Assembly (NCBI GenBank): GCA_032718475.1
Contig: JAUCBJ010006414.1
Span: 1 to 64,000 of the forward strand
Reading direction: 5' to 3'
Length of the DNA: 64,000 nucleotides
DNA from: Nemertoderma westbladi
Taxonomy: Eukaryota > Animalia > Xenacoelomorpha
Shown here: in pieces, positions 36,701 to 51,700 of the stretch
How positions within the stretch are numbered: the stretch's first letter is position 1
How the letters are laid out: each line of letters begins with the position of its first letter
Translations under genes and position numbers: made by a program
The notes under the pieces: model-generated
Told to the model about the DNA's origin: nothing
Databases searched by the model: none
The model's input: only the letters and a program-made list of their open reading frames with translations

Positions 36701-39700
36701 CCCGAATACACACTGTCACATAATAATGCAGTTCAACAAACTTCTCCACCACAGTCACATAATAATGCAGTTCAACAAACTTCTCCCGAATACACACTGT
36801 CACATAATAATGCAGTTCAACAAACTTCTCCACCACAGTCACATAATAATGCAGTTCAACAAACTTCTCCCGAATACACACTGTTACATAATAATGCAGT
36901 TCAACAAACTTCTCCCGAATACACACTGTCACATAATAATGCAGTTCAACAAACTTCTCCACCACAGTCACATAATAATGCAGTTCAACAAACTTCTCCC
37001 GAATACACACTGTTACATAATAATGCAGTTCAACAAACTTCTCCCGAATACACACTGTTACATAATAATGCAGTTCAACAAACTTCTCCCGAATACACAC
37101 TGTTACATAATAATGCAGTTCAACAAACTTCTCCCGAATACACACTGTTACATAATAATGCAGTTCAACAAACTTCTCCCGAATACACACTGTCACATAA
37201 TAATGCAGTTCAACAAACTTCTCCACCACAGTCACATAATAATGCAGTTCAACAAACTTCTCCCGAATACACACTGTTACATAATAATGCAGTTCAACAA
37301 ACTTCTCCCGAATACACACTGTCACATAATAATGCAGTTCAACAAACTTCTCCCGAATACACACTGTTACATAATAATGCAGTTCAACAAACTTCTCCAC
37401 CACAGTCACATAATAATGCAGTTCAACAAACTTCTCCCGAATACACACTGTCACATAATAATGCAGTTCAACAAACTTCTCCCGAATACACACTGTTACA
37501 TAATAATGCAGTTCAACAAACTTCTCCACCACTGTCACATAATAATGCAGTTCAACAAACTTCTCCACCACAGTCACATAATAATGCAGTTCAACAAACT
37601 TCTCCCGAATACACACTGTCACATAATAATGCAGTTCAACAAACTTCTCCCGAATACACACTGTCACATAATAATGCAGTTCAACAAACTTCTCCACCAC
37701 TGTCACATAATAATGCAGTTCAACAAACTTCTCCACCACAGTCACATAATAATGCAGTTCAACAAACTTCTCCCGAATACACACTGTCACATAATAATGC
37801 AGTTCAACAAACTTCTCCACCACTGTCACATAATAATGCGGTTCAACAAACTTCTCCACCACTGTCACATAATAATGCAGTTCAACAAACTTCTCCACCA
37901 CAGTCACATAATAATGCAGTTCAACAAACTTCTCCCGAATACACACTGTCACATAATAATGTAGTTCACCAAACTACTCCCGAATACACACTGTCACATA
38001 ATAATGCAGTTCAACAAACTTCTCCACCACAGTCACATAATAATGCAGTTCAACAAACTTCTCCCGAATACACACTGTCACATAATAATGCAGTTCAACA
38101 AACTTCTCCACCACAGTCACATAATAATGCAGTTCAACAAACTTCTCCCGAATACACACTGTCACATAATAATGCAGTTCAACAAACTTCTCCCGAATAC
38201 ACACTGTCACATAATAATGCGGTTCAACAAACTTCTCCACCACTGTCACATAATAATGCAGTTCAACAAACTTCTCCACCACAGTCACATAATAATGCAG
38301 TTCAACAAACTTCTCCCGAATACACACTGTCACATAATAATGCAGTTCAACAAACTTCTCCACCACAGTCACATAATAATGCAGTTCAACAAACTTCTCC
38401 CGAATACACACTGTCACATAATAATGCAGTTCAACAAACTTCTCCACCACAGTCACATAATAATGCAGTTCAACAAACTTCTCCCGAATACACACTGTCA
38501 CATAATAATGCAGTTCAACAAACTTCTCCCGAATACACACTGTCACATAATAATGTAGTTCAACAAACTTCTCCCGAATACACACTGTCACATAATAATG
38601 CAGTTCAACAAACTTCTCCACCACAGTCACATAATAATGCAGTTCAACAAACTTCTCCACCACAGTCACATAATAATGCAGTTCAACAAACTTCTCCCGA
38701 ATACACACTGTTACATAATAATGCAGTTCAACAAACTTCTCCCGAATACACACTGTCACATAATAATGTAGTTCAACAAACTTCTCCCGAATACACACTG
38801 TCACATAATAATGCAGTTCAACAAACTTCTCCCGAATACACACTGTTACATAATAATGCAGTTCAACAAACTTCTCCACCACAGTCACATAATAATGCAG
38901 TTCAACAAACTTCTCCACCACAGTCACATAATAATGCAGTTCAACAAACTTCTCCCGAATACACACTGTTACATAATAATGCAGTTCAACAAACTTCTCC
39001 CGAATACACACTGTCACATAATAATGCAGTTCAACAAACTTCTCCCGAATACACACTATCACATAATAATGCAGTTCAACAAACTTCTCCCGAATACACA
39101 CTGTTACATAATAATGCAGTTCAACAAACTTCTCCACCACAGTCACATAATAATGCAGTTCAACAAACTTCTCCCGAATACACACTGTTACATAATAATG
39201 CAGTTCAACAAACTTCTCCCGAATACACACTGTTACATAATAATGCAGTTCAACAAACTTCTCCCGAATACACACTATCACATAATAATGCAGTTCAACA
39301 AACTTCTCCACCACAGTCACATAATAATGCAGTTCAACAAACTTCTCCCGAATACACACTGTTACATAATAATGCAGTTCAACAAACTTCTCCCGAATAC
39401 ACACTGTCACATAATAATGCAGTTCAACAAACTTCTCCCGAATACACACTCGACATAATAATGCAGTTCAACAAACTTCTCCCGAATACACACTGTCACA
39501 TAATAATGCAGTTCAACAAACTTCTCCACCACAGTCACATAATAATGCAGTTCAACAAACTTCTCCCGAATACACACTGTCACATAATAATGCAGTTCAA
39601 CAAACTTCTCCCGAATACACACTGTCACATAATAATGCAGTTCAACAAACTTCTCCCGAATACACACTGTCACATAATAATGCAGTTCAACAAACTTCTC

Positions 39701-42700
39701 CACCACAGTCACATAATAATGCAGTTCAACAAACTTCTCCCGAATACACACTGTTACATAATAATGCAGTTCAACAAACTTCTCCCGAATACACACTGTC
39801 ACATAATAATGCAGTTCAACAAACTTCTCCACCACAGTCACATAATAATGCAGTTCAACAAACTTCTCCCGAATACACACTGTTACATAATAATGCAGTT
39901 CAACAAACTTCTCCCGAATACACACTGTTACATAATAATGCAGTTCAACAAACTTCTCCCGAATACACACTGTTACATAATAATGCAGTTCAACAAACTT
40001 CTCCCGAATACACACTGTTACATAATAATGCAGTTCAACAAACTTCTCCCGAATACACACTGTCACATAATAATGCAGTTCAACAAACTTCTCCACCACA
40101 GTCACATAATAATGCAGTTCAACAAACTTCTCCCGAATACACACTGTTACATAATAATGCAGTTCAACAAACTTCTCCCGAATACACACTGTCACATAAT
40201 AATGCAGTTCAACAAACTTCTCCCGAATACACACTGTCACATAATAATGCAGTTCAACAAACTTCTCCCGAATACACACTGTCACATAATAATGCAGTTC
40301 AACAAACTTCTCCACCACAGTCACATAATAATGCAGTTCAACAAACTTCTCCCGAATACACACTCGACATAATAATGCAGTTCAACAAACTTCTCCCAAG
40401 TACACACTGTCACATAATAATGCAGTTCAACAAACTTCTCCCGAATACACACTGTTACATAATAATGCAGTTCAACAAACTTCTCCACCACTGTCACATA
40501 ATAATGCAGTTCAACAAACTTCTCCACCACAGTCACATAATAATGCAGTTCAACAAACTTCTCCCGAATACACACTGTCACATAATAATGCAGTTCAACA
40601 AACTTCTCCCGAATACACACTGTCACATAATAATGCAGTTCAACAAACTTCTCCCAAGTACACACTGTCACATAATAATGCAGTTCACTGAACTACTCCT
40701 GAATACACACTGTCACATAATAATGCAGTTCAACAAACTTCTCCCAAGTACACACTGTCACATAATAATGCAGTTCAACAAACTACTCCCGAATACACAC
40801 TGTCACATAATGATGCAGTTCAACAAACTTCTCCCAAGTACACACTGTCACATAATAATGCAGTTCACTGAACTACTCCTGAATACACACTGTCACATAA
40901 TAATGCAGTTCACTGAACTACTCCTGAATACACACTGTCACATAATAATGCAGTTCAACAAACTTCTCCCGAATACACACTGTCACATAATAATGCAGTT
41001 CACTGAACTACTCCTGAATACACACTGTCACATAATAATGCAGTTCAACAAACTTCTCCCGAATACACACTGTCACATAATAATGCAGTTCAACAAACTT
41101 CTCCCGAATACACACTGTCACATAATAATGCAGTTCAACAAACTTCTCCCAAGTACACACTGTCACATAATAATGCAGTTCAACAAACTTCTCCCGAATA
41201 CACACTGTCACATAATAATGCAGTTCAACAAACTTCTCCCGAATACACACTGTCACATAATAATGCAGTTCAACAAACTTCTCCCGAATACACACTGTCA
41301 CATAATAATGCAGTTCAACAAACTTCTCCCAAGTACACACTGTCACATAATAATGCAGTTCAACAAACTTCTCCCAAGTACACACTGTCACATAATAATG
41401 CAGTTCACTGAACTACTCCCGAATACACACTGTCACATAATAATGCAGTTCAACAAACTTCTCCCAAGTACACACTGTCACATAATAATGCAGTTCAACA
41501 AACTTCTCCCAAGTACACACTGTCACATAATAATGCAGTTCAACAAACTTCTCCCAAGTACACACTCGACATAATAATGCAGTTCAACAAACTTCTCCCA
41601 AGTACACACTCGACATAATAATGCAGTTCAACAAACTTCTCCCGAATACACACTGTTACATAATAATGCAGTTCAACAAACTTCTCCCAAGTACACACTG
41701 TCACATAATAATGCAGTTCAACAAACTTCTCCCAAGTACACACTGTCACATAATAATGCAGTTCACTGAACTACTCCCGAATACACACTGTCACATAATA
41801 ATGCAGTTCAACAAACTTCTCCCAAGTACACACTGTCACATAATAATGCAGTTCAACAAACTTCTCCCAAGTACACACTGTCACATAATAATGCAGTTCA
41901 ACAAACTTCTCCCAAGTACACACTCGACATAATAATGCAGTTCAACAAACTTCTCCCAAGTACACACTCGACATAATAATGCAGTTCAACAAACTTCTCC
42001 CAAGTACACACTCGACATAATAATGCAGTTCAACAAACTTCTCCCGAATACACACTGTCACATAATAATGCAGTTCAACAAACTTCTCCCGAATACACAC
42101 TGTCACATAATAATGCAGTTCAACAAACTTCTCCCAAGTACACACTGTCACATAATAATGCAGTTCACTGAACTACTCCTGAATACACACTGTCACATAA
42201 TAATGCAGTTCAACAAACTTCTCCCAAGTACACACTGTCACATAATAATGCAGTTCAACAAACTACTCCCGAATACACACTGTCACATAATGATGCAGTT
42301 CAACAAACTTCTCCCAAGTACACACTGTCACATAATAATGCAGTTCACTGAACTACTCCTGAATACACACTGTCACATAATAATGCAGTTCACTGAACTA
42401 CTCCTGAATACACACTGTCACATAATAATGCAGTTCAACAAACTTCTCCCGAATACACACTGTCACATAATAATGCAGTTCACTGAACTACTCCTGAATA
42501 CACACTGTCACATAATAATGCAGTTCAACAAACTTCTCCCGAATACACACTGTCACATAATAATGCAGTTCAACAAACTTCTCCCGAATACACACTGTCA
42601 CATAATAATGCAGTTCAACAAACTTCTCCCAAGTACACACTGTCACATAATAATGCAGTTCAACAAACTTCTCCCGAATACACACTGTCACATAATAATG

Positions 42701-45700
42701 CAGTTCAACAAACTTCTCCCGAATACACACTGTCACATAATAATGCAGTTCAACAAACTTCTCCCGAATACACACTGTCACATAATAATGCAGTTCAACA
42801 AACTTCTCCCAAGTACACACTGTCACATAATAATGCAGTTCAACAAACTTCTCCCAAGTACACACTGTCACATAATAATGCAGTTCACTGAACTACTCCC
42901 GAATACACACTGTCACATAATAATGCAGTTCAACAAACTTCTCCCAAGTACACACTGTCACATAATAATGCAGTTCAACAAACTTCTCCCAAGTACACAC
43001 TGTCACATAATAATGCAGTTCAACAAACTTCTCCCAAGTACACACTCGACATAATAATGCAGTTCAACAAACTTCTCCCAAGTACACACTCGACATAATA
43101 ATGCAGTTCAACAAACTTCTCCCGAATACACACTGTTACATAATAATGCAGTTCAACAAACTTCTCCCAAGTACACACTGTCACATAATAATGCAGTTCA
43201 ACAAACTTCTCCCAAGTACACACTGTCACATAATAATGCAGTTCACTGAACTACTCCCGAATACACACTGTCACATAATAATGCAGTTCAACAAACTTCT
43301 CCCAAGTACACACTGTCACATAATAATGCAGTTCAACAAACTTCTCCCAAGTACACACTGTCACATAATAATGCAGTTCAACAAACTTCTCCCAAGTACA
43401 CACTCGACATAATAATGCAGTTCAACAAACTTCTCCCAAGTACACACTCGACATAATAATGCAGTTCAACAAACTTCTCCCAAGTACACACTCGACATAA
43501 TAATGCAGTTCAACAAACTTCTCCCGAATACACACTGTTACATAATAATGCAGTTCAACAAACTTCTCCCAAGTACACACTGTCACATAATAATGCAGTT
43601 CAACAAACTTCTCCCAAGTACACACTGTCACATAATAATGCAGTTCAACAAACTTCTCCCAAGTACACACTGTCACATAATAATGCAGTTCAACAAACTT
43701 CTCCCAAGTACACACTGTCACATAATAATGCAGTTCAACAAACTTCTCCCAAGTACACACTGTCACATAATAATGCAGTTCAACAAACTTCTCCCGAATA
43801 CACACTGTCACATAATAATGCGGTTCAACAAACTTCTCCCGAATACACACTGTCACATAATAATGCAGTTCAACAAACTTCTCCCAAGTACACACTCGAC
43901 ATAATAATGCAGTTCAACAAACTTCTCCCGAATACACACTGTTACATAATAATGCAGTTCAACAAACTTCTCCCGAATACACACTGTCACATAATAATGC
44001 AGTTCAACAAACTTCTCCCAAGTACACACTGTCACATAATAATGCAGTTCAACAAACTTCTCCCAAGTACACACTCGACATAATAATGCAGTTCAACAAA
44101 CTTCTCCCGAGTACACACTCGACATAATAATGCAGTTCAACAAACTTCTCCCGAATACACACTGTCACATAATAATGCAGTTCAACAAACTACTCCCAAG
44201 TACACACTGTCACATAATAATGCAGTTCAACAAACTTCTCCCAAGTACACACTGTCACATAATAATGCAGTTCAACAAACTTCTCCCAAGTACACACTGT
44301 CACATAATAATGCAGTTCAACAAACTTCTCCCAAGTACACACTGTCACATAATAATGCAGTTCAACAAACTTCTCCCGAATACACACTGTCACATAATAA
44401 TGCAGTTCAACAAACTTCTCCCAAGTACACACTGTCACATAATAATGCAGTTCAACAAACTTCTCCCAAGTACACACTGTCACATAATAATGCAGTTCAA
44501 CAAACTTCTCCCGAATACACACTGTCACATAATAATGCAGTTCAACAAACTTCTCCCGAATACACACTGTCACATAATAATGCAGTTCAACAAACTTCTC
44601 CCGAATACACACTGTCACATAATAATGCAGTTCAACAAACTTCTCCCAAGTACACACTCGACATAATAATGCAGTTCAACAAACTTCTCCCGAATACACA
44701 CTGTCACATAATAATGCAGTTCAACAAACTTCTCCCAAGTACACACTGTCACATAATAATGCAGTTCAACAAACTTCTCCCAAGTACACACTGTCACATA
44801 ATAATGCAGTTCAACAAACTTCTCCCGAATACACACTGTCACATAATAATGCAGTTCAACAAACTTCTCCCAAGTACACACTCGACATAATAATGCAGTT
44901 CAACAAACTTCTCCCGAATACACACTGTTACATAATAATGCAGTTCAACAAACTTCTCCCGAATACACACTGTCACATAATAATGCAGTTCAACAAACTT
45001 CTCCCAAGTACACACTGTCACATAATAATGCAGTTCAACAAACTTCTCCCAAGTACACACTCGACATAATAATGCAGTTCAACAAACTTCTCCCGAGTAC
45101 ACACTCGACATAATAATGCAGTTCAACAAACTTCTCCCAAGTACACACTGTCACATAATAATGCAGTTCAACAAACTTCTCCCAAGTACACACTGTCACA
45201 TAATAATGCAGTTCAACAAACTTCTCCCAAGTACACACTGTCACATAATAATGCAGTTCAACAAACTTCTCCCGAATACACACTGTCACATAATAATGCA
45301 GTTCAACAAACTTCTCCCAAGTACACACTCGACATAATAATGCAGTTCAACAAACTTCTCCCGAATACACACTGTTACATAATAATGCAGTTCAACAAAC
45401 TTCTCCCGAATACACACTGTCACATAATAATGCAGTTCAACAAACTTCTCCCAAGTACACACTGTCACATAATAATGCAGTTCAACAAACTTCTCCCAAG
45501 TACACACTCGACATAATAATGCAGTTCAACAAACTTCTCCCGAGTACACACTCGACATAATAATGCAGTTCAACAAACTTCTCCCGAATACACACTGTCA
45601 CATAATAATGCAGTTCAACAAACTTCTCCACCACAGTCACATAATAATGCAGTTCAACAAACTTCTCCCGAATACACACTGTCACATAATAATGCAGTTC

Positions 45701-48700
45701 AACAAACTTCTCCACCACAGTCACATAATAATGCAGTTCAACAAACTTCTCCCGAATACACACTGTCACATAATAATGCAGTTCAACAAACTTCTCCCAA
45801 GTACACACTGTCACATAATAATGCAGTTCAACAAACTTCTCCCAAGTACACACTCGACATAATAATGCAGTTCAACAAACTTCTCCCGAATACACACTGT
45901 CACATAATAATGCAGTTCAACAAACTTCTCCACCACAGTCACATAATAATGCAGTTCAACAAACTTCTCCCGAATACACACTGTCACATAATAATGCAGT
46001 TCAACAAACTTCTCCACCACTGTCACATAATAATGCAGTTCAACAAACTTCTCCCAAGTACACACTGTCACATAATAATGCAGTTCACTGAACTACTCCC
46101 AAGTACACACTGTCACATAATAATGCAGTTCAACAAACTTCTCCCGAATACACACTGTCACATAATAATGCAGTTCAACAAACTACTCCCAAGTACACAC
46201 TGTCACATAATAATGCAGTTCAACAAACTTCTCCCGAATACACACTGTCACATAATAATGCAGTTCAACAAACTACTCCCAAGTACACACTGTCACATAA
46301 TAATGCAGTTCAACAAACTTCTCCACCACAGTCACATAATAATGCAGTTCAACAAACTTCTCCCGAATACACACTGTCACATAATAATGCAGTTCAACAA
46401 ACTTCTCCACCACTGTCACATAATAATGCAGTTCAACAAACTTCTCCCAAGTACACACTGTCACATAATAATGCAGTTCACTGAACTACTCCCAAGTACA
46501 CACTGTCACATAATAATGCAGTTCAACAAACTTCTCCCGAATACACACTGTCACATAATAATGCAGTTCAACAAACTACTCCCAAGTACACACTCGACAT
46601 AATAATGCAGTTCAACAAACTTCTCCCAAGTACACACTCGACATAATAATGCAGTTCACTGAACTACTCCCAAGTACACACTGTCACATAATAATGTAGT
46701 TCAACAAACTTCTCCCAAGTACACACTGTCACATAATAATGCAGTTCAACAAACTTCTCCCAAGTACACACTCGACATAATAATGCAGTTCAATGAACTT
46801 CTCCTGAATACACACTGTCACATAATAATGCAGTTCAACAAACTTCTCCCAAGAACACACTCGACATAATAATGCAGTTCAACAAACATCTCCCGAATAC
46901 ACACTGTCACATAATAATGCAGTTCAACAAACTTCTCCACCACAGTCACATAATAATGCAGTTCAACAAACTTCTCCCGAATACACACTGTCACATAATA
47001 ATGCAGTTCAACAAACTTCTCCACCACTGTCACATAATAATGCAGTTCAACAAACTTCTCCCAAGTACACACTCGACATAATAATGCAGTTCAACAAACT
47101 TCTCCCGAATACACACTGTCACATAATAATGCAGTTCAACAAACTTCTCCACCACAGTCACATAATAATGCAGTTCAACAAACTTCTCCCGAATACACAC
47201 TGTCACATAATAATGCAGTTCAACAAACTTCTCCACCACTGTCACATAATAATGCAGTTCAACAAACTTCTCCCAAGTACACACTGTCACATAATAATGC
47301 AGTTCACTGAACTACTCCCAAGTACACACTGTCACATAATAATGCAGTTCAACAAACTTCTCCCGAATACACACTGTCACATAATAATGTAGTTCAACAA
47401 ACTTCTCCCAAGTACACACTGTCACATAATAATGCAGTTCAACAAACTTCTCCCAAGTACACACTCGACATAATAATGCAGTTCAACAAACTTCTCCCGA
47501 ATACACACTCGACATAATAATGTAGTTCAACAAACTTCTCCCAAGTACACACTGTCACATAATAATGCAGTTCAACAAACTTCTCCCGAATACACACTCG
47601 ACATAATAATGCAGTTCAACAAACTTCTCCCAAGTACACACTGTCACATAATAATGCAGTTCACTGAACTACTCCCAAGTACACACTGTCACATAATAAT
47701 GCAGTTCAACAAACTTCTCCCGAATACACACTGTCACATAATAATGCAGTTCAACAAACTACTCCCAAGTACACACTGTCACATAATAATGCAGTTCAAC
47801 AAACTTCTCCCGAATACACACTGTCACATAATAATGCAGTTCAACAAACTTCTCCACCACAGTCACATAATAATGCAGTTCAACAAACTTCTCCCGAATA
47901 CACACTGTCACATAATAATGCAGTTCAACAAACTTCTCCACCACTGTCACATAATAATGCAGTTCAACAAACTTCTCCCAAGTACACACTGTCACATAAT
48001 AATGCAGTTCACTGAACTACTCCCGAATACACACTGTCACATAATAATGCAGTTCAACAAACTTCTCCACCACTGTCACATAATAATGCAGTTCAACAAA
48101 CTTCTCCCAAGTACACACTGTCACATAATAATGCAGTTCAACAAACTTCTCCCGAATACACACTGTCACATAATAATGCAGTTCAACAAACTACTCCCAA
48201 GTACACACTCGACATAATAATGCAGTTCAACAAACTTCTCCCAAGTACACACTCGACATAATAATGCAGTTCAACAAACTTCTCCCAAGTACACACTGTC
48301 ACATAATAATGTAGTTCAACAAACTTCTCCCGAATACACACTGTCACATAATAATGTAGTTCAACAAACTTCTCCCAAGTACACACTGTCACATAATAAT
48401 GCAGTTCAACAAACTTCTCCCAAGTACACACTCGACATAATAATGCAGTTCAACAAACTTCTCCCGAATACACACTGTCACATAATAATGCAGTTCAACA
48501 AACTTCTCCACCACAGTCACATAATAATGCAGTTCAACAAACTTCTCCCGAATACACACTGTCACATAATAATGCAGTTCAACAAACTTCTCCACCACTG
48601 TCACATAATAATGCAGTTCAACAAACTTCTCCCAAGTACACACTCGACATAATAATGCAGTTCAACAAACTTCTCCCGAATACACACTGTCACATAATAA

Positions 48701-51700
48701 TGCAGTTCAACAAACTTCTCCACCACAGTCACATAATAATGCAGTTCAACAAACTTCTCCCGAATACACACTGTCACATAATAATGCAGTTCAACAAACT
48801 TCTCCACCACTGTCACATAATAATGCAGTTCAACAAACTTCTCCCAAGTACACACTGTCACATAATAATGCAGTTCACTGAACTACTCCCAAGTACACAC
48901 TGTCACATAATAATGCAGTTCAACAAACTTCTCCCGAATACACACTGTCACATAATAATGTAGTTCAACAAACTTCTCCCAAGTACACACTGTCACATAA
49001 TAATGCAGTTCAACAAACTTCTCCCAAGTACACACTCGACATAATAATGCAGTTCAACAAACTTCTCCCGAATACACACTCGACATAATAATGCAGTTCA
49101 ACAAACTTCTCCCAAGTACACACTGTCACATAATAATGTAGTTCAACAAACTTCTCCCAAGTACACACTGTCACATAATAATGTAGTTCAACAAACTTCT
49201 CCCAAGTACACACTGTCACATAATAATGCAGTTCAACAAACTTCTCCCGAATACACACTGTCACATAATAATGCAGTTCAACAAACTTCTCCCGAATACA
49301 CACTGTCACATAATAATGCAGTTCAACAAACTTCTCCCGAATACACACTGTCACATAATAATGCAGTTCAACAAACTTCTCCCGAATACACACTGTCACA
49401 TAATAATGCAGTTCAACAAACTTCTCCCGAATACACACTGTCACATAATAATGCAGTTCAACAAACTTCTCCCGAATACACACTGTCACATAATAATGCA
49501 GTTCAACAAACTTCTCCCGAATACACACTGTCACATAATAATGCAGTTCAACAAACTTCTCCCGAGTACACACTGTCACATAATAATGTAGTTCAACAAA
49601 CTTCTCCCCCACAGTCACATAATAATGCAGTTCAACAAACTTCTCCCCCACAGTCACATAATAATGCAGTTCAACAAACTTCTCCCAAGTACACACTGTC
49701 ACATAATAATGCAGTTCAACAAACTTCTCCCGAGTACACACTGTCACATAATAATGCAGTTCAACAAACTACTCCCGAATACACACTGTCACATAATAAT
49801 GCAGTTCAACAAACTTCTCCCGAATACACACTGTCACATAATAATGCAGTTCAACAAACTTCTCCCGAATACACACTGTCACATAATAATGCAGTTCAAC
49901 AAACTTCTCCCGAATACACACTGTCACATAATAATGCAGTTCAACAAACTTCTCCCGAATACACACTGTCACATAATAATGCAGTTCAACAAACTTCTCC
50001 CGAATACACACTGTCACATAATAATGCAGTTCAACAAACTTCTCCCGAATACACACTGTCACATAATAATGCAGTTCAACAAACTTCTCCCGAATACACA
50101 CTGTCACATAATAATGCAGTTCAACAAACTACTCCCGAATACACACTCGACATAATAATGCAGTTCAACAAACTTCTCCCGAATACACACTGTCACATAA
50201 TAATGCAGTTCAACAAACTTCTCCCGAATACACACTGTCACATAATAATGCAGTTCAACAAACTTCTCCCGAATACACACTGTCACATAATAATGCAGTT
50301 CAACAAACTTCTCCCGAGTACACACTGTCACATAATAATGCAGTTCAACAAACTTCTCCCGAATACACACTGTCACATAATAATGCAGTTCAACAAACTT
50401 CTCCCCCACAGTCACATAATAATGCAGTTCAACAAACTTCTCCCAAGTACACACTGTCACATAATAATGCAGTTCAACAAACTTCTCCCGAATACACACT
50501 GTCACATAATAATGCAGTTCAACAAACTTCTCCCCCACAGTCACATAATAATGCAGTTCAACAAACTTCTCCCAAGTACACACTGTCACATAATAATGCA
50601 GTTCAACAAACTTCTCCCGAATACACACTGTCACATAATAATGCAGTTCAACAAACTTCTCCCGAATACACACTGTCACATAATAATGCAGTTCAACAAA
50701 CTTCTCCCGAATACACACTGTCACATAATAATGCAGTTCAACAAACTTCTCCCGAGTACACACTGTCACATAATAATGTAGTTCAACAAACTTCTCCCGA
50801 ATACACACTGTCACATAATAATGCAGTTCAACAAACTTCTCCCCCACAGTCACATAATAATGCAGTTCAACAAACTTCTCCCGAATACACACTGTCACAT
50901 AATAATGCAGTTCAACAAACTTCTCCCGAATACACACTGTCACATAATAATGCAGTTCAACAAACTTCTCCCGAGTACACACTGTCACATAATAATGTAG
51001 TTCAACAAACTTCTCCCGAATACACACTATCACATAATAATGCAGTTCAACAAACTTCTCCCCCACAGTCACATAATAATGCAGTTCAACAAACTTCTCC
51101 CCCACAGTCACATAATAATGCAGTTCAACAAACTTCTCCCAAGTACACACTGTCACATAATAATGTAGTTCAACAAACTTCTCCCGAATACACACTGTCA
51201 CATAATAATGCAGTTCAACAAACTTCTCCACCACAGTCACATAATAATGCAGTTCAACAAACTTCTCCACCACAGTCACATAATAATGCAGTTCAACAAA
51301 CTTCTCCCGAATACACACTGTCACATAATAATGCAGTTCAACAAACTTCTCCACCACAGTCACATAATAATGCAGTTCAACAAACTTCTCCCGAATACAC
51401 ACTGTCACATAATAATGCAGTTCAACAAACTTCTCCACCACAGTCACATAATAATGCAGTTCAACAAACTTCTCCCGAATACACACTGTCACATAATAAT
51501 GCAGTTCAACAAACTTCTCCACCACAGTCACATAATAATGCAGTTCAACAAACTTCTCCCGAATACACACTGTCACATAATAATGCAGTTCAACAAACTT
51601 CTCCCGAATACACACTGTCACATAATAATGCAGTTCAACAAACTTCTCCACCACAGTCACATAATAATGCAGTTCAACAAACTTCTCCCGAATACACACT

